Assembly: GCA_017399885.1 (NCBI GenBank)
Contig: JAFQAU010000264.1
Coordinates: 6,411 to 70,410 of the forward strand
Reading direction: 5' to 3'
Origin: Lachnospiraceae bacterium
GTDB lineage: Bacteria; Bacillota; Clostridia; Lachnospirales; Lachnospiraceae
DNA: 64,000 nucleotides
Shown piece by piece: positions 47,120 through 56,433 of this stretch (positions are counted from its first letter, which is position 1; each line of letters begins with the position of its first letter). Under the pieces are notes generated by a model. That model worked only from the letters and a program-made list of their open reading frames with translations. It was not told the DNA's origin and ran no database searches. A program made the translations under genes and the position numbers.

Positions 47120-48403
47120 TTACAAGATTATGCGAATCCTAGTCCCAAGCTCCATACGGGACAAAATTTCAAAATATCCTCCATGCTTATCTACTATCCA
47201 CTTTGCAATAGAAAGTCCCAATCCGGTACCTTTATATTTTCTAGCATCATCAGAACGGTAAAAGCGTTCAAACATATGCTCTACATCTGATTCTGCCATA
47301 CCAATCCCCGTATCCTGTACCTGAAGATAGGGTCTTCCTTCTCCATTTCTTCCTATGCTTAAAATGATCTCATCCTGTTCCTTTGTATACTTAGCAGAAT
47401 TGTCCACCAAAATCCGAACTGCTTGCTTTAGCATCATATAATCCCCCTCCACATAAATATCCTCTGTTGGACGATAGCGATACACATGTTGCTCATCAAT
47501 CAATAAGGATTCCTCATAAACCTCCTGCATGCATGCTTGTAATGAAATATTCTGCTTTTCCAACTTAGTTTTTCCACTATCTCCTCTAGCAAGAAATAAC
47601 AACTGCTCCACAAGATGCTTCATATGACCTGCCTCACGTTGAAGCGCAGTAATGGATTCATTTAGTACTTTTTCATCTTCTGTTCCCCATCTTGCTAACA
47701 TATTGACATAACCTTCAATTACAGCAATTGGTGTACGAAGCTCATGAGAGGCATCATTCACAAAACGTGCCTGCTGACGGTATGTATCCCGCATTCGCAT
47801 CAACAAATTATTCATAGCTGCTTCTATTCCCTGCAAATCTTTATCTCCAAAGGATAGTAACTCTGTTTCTTCTGGCTGAATGGTAGAAATTACGTCCTCT
47901 ATATACTGATACTTCTCTTCTGTAAAGGACATCCGACTTAATTCATCTGCTTTTATGGCAATTTCGTTAATAGGTGCAAGAATTCTTCTAATTTCCCGTT
48001 CGTTCTTTCCATAGGAAAATACAATGCCTAGTAAATGTATGGTCAAAAAAATCATACAAATTCTACCAATATTTACAAGGAACGGATATATTAACACAGT
48101 TAACAGAATTTCTTCCTGTTCCCCTCTTACCACATAGCAGCACTCTTTTATAAAAGAAATCCCTACCAGACTCCTTGAGCTGGAGAAAGAAATTTCACCA
48201 ATTATAGCATATTCATATATAAGCAATGCCCCCACAAACATAAACACAAAAAGAAGCATACTCTGTTTTATATACAGTAGTAGCTCCTGTCCCATCATGC
48301 GTCGATTCATTTTTTTTACGATGGATGTCATGTTTCTTTCCTGATTCCCTGTTTTCCCATATTTATCCCGCATAATTTTCCCTTCCTCATGTGTGCTGTA
48401 CAT
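47120..48403 (-). CDS. Sensor histidine kinase
   Basis: FVNDASHELRTPIA, GTGLGLSIAKWIV. Confidence 0.85.
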   Translation of the reverse strand: MYSTHEEGKIMRDKYGKTGNQERNMTSIVKKMNRRMMGQELLLYIKQSMLLFVFMFVGALLIYEYAIIGEISFSSSRSLVGISFIKECCYVVRGEQEEILLTVLIYPFLVNIGRICMIFLTIHLLGIVFSYGKNEREIRRILAPINEIAIKADELSRMSFTEEKYQYIEDVISTIQPEETELLSFGDKDLQGIEAAMNNLLMRMRDTYRQQARFVNDASHELRTPIAVIEGYVNMLARWGTEDEKVLNESITALQREAGHMKHLVEQLLFLARGDSGKTKLEKQNISLQACMQEVYEESLLIDEQHVYRYRPTEDIYVEGDYMMLKQAVRILVDNSAKYTKEQDEIILSIGRNGEGRPYLQVQDTGIGMAESDVEHMFERFYRSDDARKYKGTGLGLSIAKWIVDKHGGYFEILSRMELGTRIRIIL

Positions 48404-48479
48404 TGTATTTTATCCTGTTTTTGCTCCGTGTTATATAGACCTTAAATATAGCAGTTTAGCCTTCTTTCCGGCCAAACTG

Positions 48480-49178
48480 CTATTTCGATTTAATAACATA
48501 CCCTACGCCACGAACCGTTTCTATCATATGTACTCCATAAACCTCATCAATTTTTGATCGAAGATATCGAATGTATACATCTACTACATTGGTTTCCCCC
48601 ACATAATTAAAACCACATACCCGTTCTAATAAAGTATCTCTTGAGAGTACTATGTCCTTATTTTCCAATAAAGTTTGTAGCATCATAAATTCCCGATTAG
48701 TAAGAATAATTTCCTCTCCTGCATAGGTAACCTGATGCTTTTGGGGAGAAAGTACAAGTTCCCCCCAAACAAGCACCCCTTCTTGTGTAGTATCTATATT
48801 TTTAACCGCAGCGTGACTTCGTAACTTTAATGCCACACGAATTCGAGCCAAAAGTTCTTCTATTGCAAAGGGCTTTGTAATATAATCCACTGCCCCTGCA
48901 TCCAAACCTGCTACCTTATCCATAACTGCATCTCTTGCAGTTAGAAGAATAACCGGTGTCGGTTTTGTCTGTTGCAATCGACGTAATACTTCTAAACCAT
49001 TTAACTTTGGAAGCATAATATCCAGTAAAATCAAAGAAAAATCTCTACCTGTGGCAAGCTCTAGTGCATCTCTTCCATTATCTGTTCGGGTTACCTCGTA
49101 TCCTTCATGCTGTAATTCTAATTCAATAAATCTTGCTAATCCTTCATCATCTTCTACTACCAGAATATTCGACTCCAT
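48480..49178 (-). CDS. OmpR-family response regulator
   Basis: ILVVEDDEG, LLDIMLP, VRGVGYVIK. Confidence 0.9.
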   Translation of the reverse strand: MESNILVVEDDEGLARFIELELQHEGYEVTRTDNGRDALELATGRDFSLILLDIMLPKLNGLEVLRRLQQTKPTPVILLTARDAVMDKVAGLDAGAVDYITKPFAIEELLARIRVALKLRSHAAVKNIDTTQEGVLVWGELVLSPQKHQVTYAGEEIILTNREFMMLQTLLENKDIVLSRDTLLERVCGFNYVGETNVVDVYIRYLRSKIDEVYGVHMIETVRGVGYVIKSK

Positions 49179-49206
49179 TGGTTAACCTCTTTTCTTATCT
49201 GCTTAA

Positions 49207-49740
49207 TTATTGCTTATTGTACTCCTCTTTTACTTTTTCACCAAAGGCACCTGCCTTATTCATAACATCATTTACGCCACTTAAATCTGCCTTCCCACAG
49301 AAATGATAATGGCATTCAAAGAATAAGGAAATAACCATAGCAGGAATTGCTAACTGCCATGCAAATAATAATATTAATACCAATCCCCATACTGGCATTT
49401 TAATTACTTCCTCACCTTTATGATTTATGCAGAAATAATTCTCTTTGCTTTTTTTCCATAATTTTTTTATGATACGTTTTATCTTTGAGAAAAATTCTTC
49501 CCCTGATGTATTCTGCGAATAAATAGTATTTGGCACTGATATGTACTGTGTTTGTTCCTCATAGCTTGTAGAATAGCTGCTGTTATTTGGAGCTTTAACC
49601 TTCCCTAGCTGCTCAAGATAAACCATTGCATCTAATAAATCCCAGTTACTCTGCTCTAATGCCATCTTTGCCTCTTCATAACTTACATTTGCTCTTTGTC
49701 TTAATTTTTCAACCTTTTCTAACTGTTCCATACTTCTCAC
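49207..49740 (-). CDS. Membrane protein with an N-terminal UBA/EF-Ts-like domain
   Basis: VSYEEAKMALEQSNWDLLDAMVYLE, plus a C-terminal TM pair. Confidence 0.5.
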   Translation of the reverse strand: MRSMEQLEKVEKLRQRANVSYEEAKMALEQSNWDLLDAMVYLEQLGKVKAPNNSSYSTSYEEQTQYISVPNTIYSQNTSGEEFFSKIKRIIKKLWKKSKENYFCINHKGEEVIKMPVWGLVLILLFAWQLAIPAMVISLFFECHYHFCGKADLSGVNDVMNKAGAFGEKVKEEYNKQ

Positions 49741-50070
49741 CTTATCCCTTTCATTTTAACAACTTAGAGCCCCTGTAAAATTATCTCTTTTGTAACGGTT
49801 CAGCCAAGGACCAAACGGTTACTCTCTTTTCTATATTTTATCAATTTCTATCCAGGGTTGCAAGCTTTCCATGCTTGCCATTCTAAGTATATGTGACTGT
49901 CATGTCGTTGTTTACAGTATTTAATATAAACTCTTTTTCTTAATTAAACTTTTAAGAAAGATTAAAATTAGATTAATTTAAATTAATTTAGATTAAATCC
50001 TCTTTCTAACCACCCCATACCCATCCCCCCGAGCGTTCTTGCTTTATAGGACGAACTTTCCTATAAAGAA

Positions 50071-50102
50071 AAAAACAGTTCAGCAATTTGCTGAACTGTT
50101 TT
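50071..50102 (-). terminator. Rho-independent terminator built on the AACAGTTCAGC motif
   Basis: AACAGTTCAGCAA/TTGCTGAACTGTT stem, with T7 on the transcribed strand. Confidence 0.8.
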
Positions 50103-50114
50103 AACTTTCTACTA

Positions 50115-50921
50115 TTATTTTAACAAAAGCAAAGGATTCACACTTTCCCCGTCTTCTTTTACCTGAAAATACAAATTACAGCCTTCATTTGTATAGTATT
50201 TACTAGGAGCTGCTAAGTTCCCTAATACTTGTCCTTCCTGTATGGTATCACCTTTTTTTACAGATACGTCCTTTAGCTGCCCATAAATAAATTTATAATT
50301 ATTTGCTTTAGCAACAACAGTAAGACCCGTTTCCGTATTTTCGCTTACTTTGGTAATTACACAATCACAAGCCGAAACTACACTGTCTCCCTCTTTTCCC
50401 TCTATGATAACAGCCGGATTACACTTATACTGTCCTAATGTAGAAAAATAAATACTTTTATCCATACTAAATGGCATTAGAATCTTTCCATCTATAGGCC
50501 ATGTTAATCCACTTTCTACCTCCTCCGGATTACCCACAGATGCAACTTCCTCTGTCTGAGACTCCTCTTCTACCTTTTCTTTTATTGATACATCTGATTT
50601 TGGTTCAGCTGTTATAATTTCTGCTTCTTCTTTTACTATAGGTTGTTCAGTTTCTTTTGCTACAGTATTCCCCGAACTTTCCCCTTGTCCCTCATAAGTA
50701 TTTGCCAACTGCTCTGTCTCTTCTACAGACTCAGCAATTTCTGTTTTGGATTTTGTATTGATGTCATGCTCACCTAATTTTGCCACCTTTTCAGGGGTAG
50801 TTATATTTTCTTCCTGTAATTTTTTTTGTACAGTGACCACGGATAAAATTGCAAATAATGCTAGAAAACAACAGATATAAAATCCTTTTGCCTGATAAAA
50901 TTTCTTCTTCTCTAATTTCAT
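50115..50921 (-). CDS. Membrane-anchored protein with a degenerate M23/LytM domain
   Basis: N-terminal TM and an acidic linker. The LytM-like C-terminus (VKKGDTIQEGQVLGNL) has NPAVII and NLYFQV where HxxxD and HLH are expected. Confidence 0.65.
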   Translation of the reverse strand: MKLEKKKFYQAKGFYICCFLALFAILSVVTVQKKLQEENITTPEKVAKLGEHDINTKSKTEIAESVEETEQLANTYEGQGESSGNTVAKETEQPIVKEEAEIITAEPKSDVSIKEKVEEESQTEEVASVGNPEEVESGLTWPIDGKILMPFSMDKSIYFSTLGQYKCNPAVIIEGKEGDSVVSACDCVITKVSENTETGLTVVAKANNYKFIYGQLKDVSVKKGDTIQEGQVLGNLAAPSKYYTNEGCNLYFQVKEDGESVNPLLLLK

Positions 50922-51221
50922 ATTTATTCCTCCAGATCTTTCCCTTTTTGGGATATTATTTAGTTTGTTTCTTTCTATTTCCTATTCTTCCCCTTATTTT
51001 TTTTTATATACCATTAAAGTAATATTAGTAACCGTTCAGCCAAAAACTGAATTATTACTAATATTATGCTTTTTCTATGGATTGCAATTTAAATATTCTA
51101 GTAATATAATTAAATCGGAGTTTCATAAGTGGCATGCACATAGATGGATTGCTGGGAAAGTTAGCAATCCTACTTAAAATGAATTGAATAGAAAGAAAAT
51201 ATGTAAAGGAGATTTTTTAAT

Positions 51222-51773
51222 ATGTCAAAAGTATTAGTTTTTTTTGCAGAAGGTTTTGAAGAAGTAGAAGCACTTACTGTAGTAGATTTATTACGTCGTG
51301 CCAAAATTGATGTGGAAATGGTTTCCATTACTGATAATTTAATGGTAACAGGTGCACATAATATTACCATCTCCACTGATACGCTTTGGGAAGACGCCCA
51401 TATCTTAAATGCAGATGGTTTTATTCTGCCTGGTGGAATGCCTGGTACTCGTAATTTACAGGCTCACCAAGGTCTACAGAAGCTGTTAATACAAGCAAAT
51501 GAAGAAAAAAAATTAATTGGAGCTATCTGTGCAGCACCTTTAATTCTTGGCACCAATCATCTACTAGAAGGAAAAGATGCTTGCTGTTATCCGGGATTTG
51601 AAGATGATTTAATTGGTGCAAATGTAAATGAGAAGCCTGTAAATCACCACGATAATATCATTACAAGTCGAGGAGTGGGGACTGCCATTGCATTTTCCGG
51701 GGAAATAATCAAAACTCTATGCACAGAAGAAACAGAAAAAGAAATATTAAATTCTATATTATACTGTAAATAA
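51222..51773 (+). CDS. DJ-1/PfpI-family protein
   Basis: VLVFFAEGFEEVEALTVVDLLRRA; nucleophile elbow GAICAAP. Confidence 0.85.
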   Translation: MSKVLVFFAEGFEEVEALTVVDLLRRAKIDVEMVSITDNLMVTGAHNITISTDTLWEDAHILNADGFILPGGMPGTRNLQAHQGLQKLLIQANEEKKLIGAICAAPLILGTNHLLEGKDACCYPGFEDDLIGANVNEKPVNHHDNIITSRGVGTAIAFSGEIIKTLCTEETEKEILNSILYCK

Positions 51774-51924
51774 TCACTTAGCCAATCGGCTAACCGGTTA
51801 CATTAAAAGTCCATCTGGCTAACCTGGCCCGATGGACTTTTAACGAATGAACTACAATATATTGTCATACATAGACAAACATCCAAGTGACTGCCCCTAT
51901 CTAAACTGTTACAAGCATATAATT

Positions 51925-52977
51925 TTACGAAAGTATTCGTTCCATGCTTTCTCTATTCATAGCATATAACAGAGCAGTTTCTTTTTTTATTTTACCTGAT
52001 TGATATAATTCCATTATACTACTATCCATTGACAGCATACCCTCTTCTTTGGCAGTAGCAATGGTAGATGGTATTTGGTGAACTTTTCCATCTCGTATTA
52101 ATGTTCTTATGGCATTGTTCGCTTTTAATATTTCAAATGCGGGCACCTGTCTTCCATCTGTGGTTGGTAGCAATTGCTGAGATACTACTGAGCGTAACAC
52201 CATAGAAAGCTGTATTCGGATCTGTTGTTGTTGCTGTGGCGGAAATACATCTATAATTCTATCTATCGTATTAGCCGCTCCCACTGTATGTAGAGTAGAC
52301 AACACTAAATGACCTGTTTCCGCAGCCGTCATAGCAATTTCAATCGTCTCCAAATCTCGCATTTCCCCGATTAAAATTACATCCGGTGATTCCCGCATTC
52401 CAGCTTTTAATGCACGATTATAATCTTTACTGTCGATTCCAATCTCCCTTTGACTTACGATACTTTTATTATGTGTATGCAGAAATTCTATAGGATCTTC
52501 CAATGTTAGAATATGACAATTCCTACTCTTATTAATCTCATCTATTATATATGCCAATGTGGTACTTTTTCCACTCCCTGCGGAACCTGTTACCAATACC
52601 AATCCCTTTTTTCGTTCACTTAGCTCTAATACCGATTTGGGAATTCCCATTGTTGACACATCCTGTAGTTGAAAATTTACAACACGAAGTACGGCACTCC
52701 ATGAACCACGTTGCCTAAATACATTTACACGAAATCTTCCTACACAGGCTAGGGATACCGAAAAATCATCATCTCCTTGTTCCCCATATTTCCTATCCCG
52801 ATTCCCCATTTCATACAAATGCTCTACCATAGAAAATAACTGGTCCGGCTTTAATGGGCTCTCTCCCTGTTTCTCTATGTTTCCATTTATCTTATAAGAA
52901 ACCGGCTGTCCTGCAATTAAAAATATATCCGATGCTTTTTTTTGCACTGCCATAGTTAATATATCTTCCATTGTCAT
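51925..52977 (-). CDS. pilT: Type IV pilus retraction ATPase PilT
   Basis: GSAGSGKST, GEMRDLETIEIAMTAAETGHLVLSTLHT, AIRTLIRDGKVHQI. Confidence 0.85.
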   Translation of the reverse strand: MTMEDILTMAVQKKASDIFLIAGQPVSYKINGNIEKQGESPLKPDQLFSMVEHLYEMGNRDRKYGEQGDDDFSVSLACVGRFRVNVFRQRGSWSAVLRVVNFQLQDVSTMGIPKSVLELSERKKGLVLVTGSAGSGKSTTLAYIIDEINKSRNCHILTLEDPIEFLHTHNKSIVSQREIGIDSKDYNRALKAGMRESPDVILIGEMRDLETIEIAMTAAETGHLVLSTLHTVGAANTIDRIIDVFPPQQQQQIRIQLSMVLRSVVSQQLLPTTDGRQVPAFEILKANNAIRTLIRDGKVHQIPSTIATAKEEGMLSMDSSIMELYQSGKIKKETALLYAMNRESMERILS

Positions 52978-53002
52978 ATTCCTTCACCCGCCTTTTTGTT
53001 CT

Positions 53003-53560
53003 TTACTCTGTAATCACAACACCATCCCATAGTTCTGTTCCTTCTTCCAGTTCCAATACCAAATTAGAATCTTTTACCATCTTCCACTTTGCAATCTGCA
53101 AGGTACGATTATTATACAATTCTAATTCTACCTCCAAACGACTGCCTTCTTTTATAAAGATATCATAGGAAATGGTTCCTATTTGCAATGGTTTATTTTC
53201 TCCATTTTCATTTTCCACATAGGTACTATTCTCTTTTATTTGCACTTTTACATTCTCTAAATCTGTTATTCCTTCATATCTACCAGCTTGCAAGCCTACT
53301 AAACATTCTTCTAATTTTTCCAGATCTGTCTCTTCCACAAACGCCCCCATTAAACAACGAGTATACTCTGCCTTTGCATCTGCATCATAATACTCTACAA
53401 CAGATTCCCCTGTTTTTTTCGCCAACTTCCACTCATTTACAGAAGCACGCACAGACAGTAATCCAAAAACAGATAGTACCAATGCGAGAAATATCAATAT
53501 CATGGAAGAAATTCCAACATTTAAAACCAAGCCTTTCCCTTCTTTCATGCCAGATACCAA
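53003..53560 (-). CDS. Membrane-anchored protein of the pilus-like operon
   Basis: One N-terminal hydrophobic helix. No canonical prepilin motif. Confidence 0.45.
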   Translation of the reverse strand: MVSGMKEGKGLVLNVGISSMILIFLALVLSVFGLLSVRASVNEWKLAKKTGESVVEYYDADAKAEYTRCLMGAFVEETDLEKLEECLVGLQAGRYEGITDLENVKVQIKENSTYVENENGENKPLQIGTISYDIFIKEGSRLEVELELYNNRTLQIAKWKMVKDSNLVLELEEGTELWDGVVITE

Positions 53561-53572
53561 TCCTTTCTACTA

Positions 53573-54100
53573 CTATTTTACAACCTTTAATTGGAATAAC
53601 TCTATATTATCTTCTTTAAATAACATAGATGGATAACCATGCAATCGATATACACATATTTGATAGTTTTCTAAGGTTTTTCCTTGCATCTCTTGTGAAA
53701 AAGGAATCAAAATCATGCAATAGGTATCTTCCTTAGAAACACTTTGCCACTTATTATCATAATGTAGCACATATACCTTTTCTTTTGCTGCCTCCCCATT
53801 TTTTTCACCTAAATTGGTTACTTGATAGGTTCCATCCTCTTGCATACCTATGCTTGCAGGTATTTCTAATAGCTCTAATTCTTCTACAGCTTCTTCAAAA
53901 TTTTCTGCTGATTTTATTGTTTCTGCAATGGTTTCTGAAAGCATAATTGCCTTTCCTTTGTCCTCTGCTTTACTTTGCATAGTATTGGCAGCCAAAAATA
54001 ATTCTAATAAAAAAACACTTATTATCCCAAATATTCCTATATTGACAATTAATTCGAGCATAGGCATTTTTGCAGACCCAGACTGTTTTTTTCTTTTCAT
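53573..54100 (-). CDS. Pilin-like protein (non-canonical N-terminus)
   Basis: SAKMPMLELIVNIGIFGIISVF resembles a class III signal with Glu at +5, but it lacks the Gly. Confidence 0.4.
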   Translation of the reverse strand: MKRKKQSGSAKMPMLELIVNIGIFGIISVFLLELFLAANTMQSKAEDKGKAIMLSETIAETIKSAENFEEAVEELELLEIPASIGMQEDGTYQVTNLGEKNGEAAKEKVYVLHYDNKWQSVSKEDTYCMILIPFSQEMQGKTLENYQICVYRLHGYPSMLFKEDNIELFQLKVVK

Positions 54101-54154
54101 AACATATTCTCCATTCTACATACTGTAACAATTTATCCAGTGGCTAATCTGTTA

Positions 54155-54634
54155 CTACATACTTCTAAGAAACATGGTTAGGCTTTGGCTTTCTTCTCCA
54201 TCAAAAGACGTAAACTTTAATTTATCATCACTTACTTGTTCTATCCCAAACGCATTTAACTCCATAACCTCTAATCCATCTGCCAGCTTGTATTCCATGC
54301 TCTCTTCCTGAAACAATTCCCTAAGCTTCCCTTCATAACAATATATCATAGTACGGTAAGTTCCACTTTTCAGATTTTCCTTCAATACTAAAATAGGAAT
54401 TCCCTCCTGTTCTATTACTGAAATACAATCCTTTTGGTCACACTGTCTTACCTTGGTTGCTACATAGGACAAAGAAGCTCGCAGATGAAAATTTTCTCCA
54501 TTATTCTCCACTATATTTTTATATACATGTACACCTATGTTTATTAAAACTAAGGAGCCAATTACAAAAGTACAAAGAATAGCTAACACACATGCATAAG
54601 ATATTACCCAGCTACTTTTTTCTCTTTTCTTCAC
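54155..54634 (-). CDS. Membrane-anchored protein of the pilus-like operon
   Basis: One N-terminal TM. 159 aa. Confidence 0.45.
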   Translation of the reverse strand: MKKREKSSWVISYACVLAILCTFVIGSLVLINIGVHVYKNIVENNGENFHLRASLSYVATKVRQCDQKDCISVIEQEGIPILVLKENLKSGTYRTMIYCYEGKLRELFQEESMEYKLADGLEVMELNAFGIEQVSDDKLKFTSFDGEESQSLTMFLRSM

Positions 54635-54645
54635 CCTGCCATCTC

Positions 54646-54972
54646 CTATTCTCTTTCAAATACGTCTACATTAGGCATTATATTTGAAGCAAAAATTTCG
54701 TAATCGATAAAATACTTCTCATGGTTGTATTCTAAGCCATAATATTCCTCTAGATATTCTATATTTGGTGGGTACTCTCCTTCTATGGCATAGCACTGCA
54801 CCACAGCTTTTCTTGTTGCTTGACGAAGTAAATCAATTTGCTGCATATTACTCATATGTTCAAATGAAACCCACCCAACAACAAACGTTGCAACCATGAC
54901 ACAAAAAACGGTTATGGGAAAAATTATTTCTTTTTTCCATTTGCTCTGCTTTTTCTTTTTTAGATTTTTCAA
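54646..54972 (-). CDS. Membrane-anchored protein of the pilus-like operon
   Basis: One N-terminal TM. 108 aa. Confidence 0.45.
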   Translation of the reverse strand: MKNLKKKKQSKWKKEIIFPITVFCVMVATFVVGWVSFEHMSNMQQIDLLRQATRKAVVQCYAIEGEYPPNIEYLEEYYGLEYNHEKYFIDYEIFASNIMPNVDVFERE

Positions 54973-54983
54973 AAAAACGCCCC

Positions 54984-56030
54984 CTAGCCTATTGCAGATA
55001 TAATACTTATCAACGGGAACATAATCGACAATAAAACACAGCCTATAATAAGTGAGAGACTAATTACTAAAGTAATTTCCAGCTTATTGCACATATGCGT
55101 CAACTGTTCACTGATACTTTCATCATATTGGCTACTGATATCCCCTAATACATCTTCAAGCATACCTGACTTTGCTGCCAGACTCACAATTCTTCCTTGC
55201 ATACCGGTTATCAGCTTTTCTTCCTTCATTGCCTCTGCTAAAGATTTATTGTCTTTTACCAACTGTCTGCATTGTTTTATATTTTCTTTTATCTGTGGAT
55301 GGTGATTGGCTTCCTGTGCCAACTCTAATGCTTCCTCCTGGTCCATTCCACTTGATATCATTACAGACATAGAAGAAATAAATTTTCCCACAGCTAGTAA
55401 ATGGGATGTTTTTTTGGTAACAAAAAAATTACAACTAAATTTATTTAATATTTCTTCTCCTTTTTTTGTTCTATACCATAAGATTAAACCAATCCCCACA
55501 ACTAAGACAACAAGAGAAACAATCGCTACTATCTTTCCTGCCCATACTCCAAAATTCATAAATTTCGTGCTAGACGATGCTACATCCACACTTAAATTCT
55601 CAAATACCCTTTGAAACATTGGCAGAATCTTTCCCACCAAAACCAGTAATATTATTGCAATCATAGCAAACATAAGCATGGGGTAAGCAATCACATTTCT
55701 TATACTATCTTTCATGTCTGCTTCCCTTTGATAATAGTATGCCATGGAATTCATTACTGTCTCTAATTTTCCTGTATGTTCCCCTATATTTACCATACTA
55801 AGCAAATAACCAGGAAATGCATTTGTTTCCTTCATAGCATTATGAAAGCTCTCATTTTGCTTTAATTTATCTTCTATACATAACAGCACATGCTTTGTTT
55901 TCTTATCTTCTACTTCCTCTTTTAATATGTAAATGCCATCATATAAAGAAATCCCACTTTTTAATATAATTGCTATTTGATTACAAAAACCAGCCAATTC
56001 TTCTGAACTAAACCTGTTTTGCCCTTTCAT
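54984..56030 (-). CDS. GspF/PilC-family platform protein
   Basis: Start trimmed to MKGQNRF (ATG 56030, GGAGGG RBS). Duplicated helical domain plus TM segments. The ORF-track extension to 56168 lies inside a repeat. Confidence 0.65.
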   Translation of the reverse strand: MKGQNRFSSEELAGFCNQIAIILKSGISLYDGIYILKEEVEDKKTKHVLLCIEDKLKQNESFHNAMKETNAFPGYLLSMVNIGEHTGKLETVMNSMAYYYQREADMKDSIRNVIAYPMLMFAMIAIILLVLVGKILPMFQRVFENLSVDVASSSTKFMNFGVWAGKIVAIVSLVVLVVGIGLILWYRTKKGEEILNKFSCNFFVTKKTSHLLAVGKFISSMSVMISSGMDQEEALELAQEANHHPQIKENIKQCRQLVKDNKSLAEAMKEEKLITGMQGRIVSLAAKSGMLEDVLGDISSQYDESISEQLTHMCNKLEITLVISLSLIIGCVLLSIMFPLISIISAIG

Positions 56031-56052
56031 AACATCCCTCCATCTTTTCCTA

Positions 56053-56277
56053 GAACAAAGTGGACAAGTCCACTTCAACTCCCTAAATCCCTCATTCATG
56101 AGGGACTTGCTCCACTTTGCGTGCCAGATGCGTGTTGCATGCCTTTTGCAACAATGCTCCTTACGCATCTACTCTGTACGCTATTTTACTAAAACTCGTA
56201 CCTCGTTAAGTAAAATATGTGTGTGCACATCCCCGGGTCGCGTTTTTGCTTTATAGGACGAACTTTCCTATAAAGTA
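56053..56277 (+). repeat. 225-bp four-hairpin repeat, copy 2
   Basis: Near-identical to 32835-33058, same orientation. Confidence 0.85.
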
Positions 56278-56433
56278 AAGCAAGAAAAGTTCCCTATTTC
56301 TCTATTTTACACAAGAGAAATAAGGAACTTTCCAGTAACAGTTAGATTGGACCTGTGCACATCCTCACGAAGCATTTTATGCTTTGTAGAACGAACTTCC
56401 TATAAGTAAAAAAACCATTCAACTGATTACATC

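Noticed and set aside
49935-50000. AGATTAA/TTAAATTA short repeats upstream of the 49740 gene
   Set aside because: This is AT-rich low-complexity sequence in a promoter region. There is no clear periodicity or partner regulator.
56031-56168. N-terminal 46-aa extension of the GspF-like ORF
   Set aside because: The extension lies wholly within the 225-bp repeat, whose other copy is non-coding. A strong RBS precedes the internal ATG at 56030.
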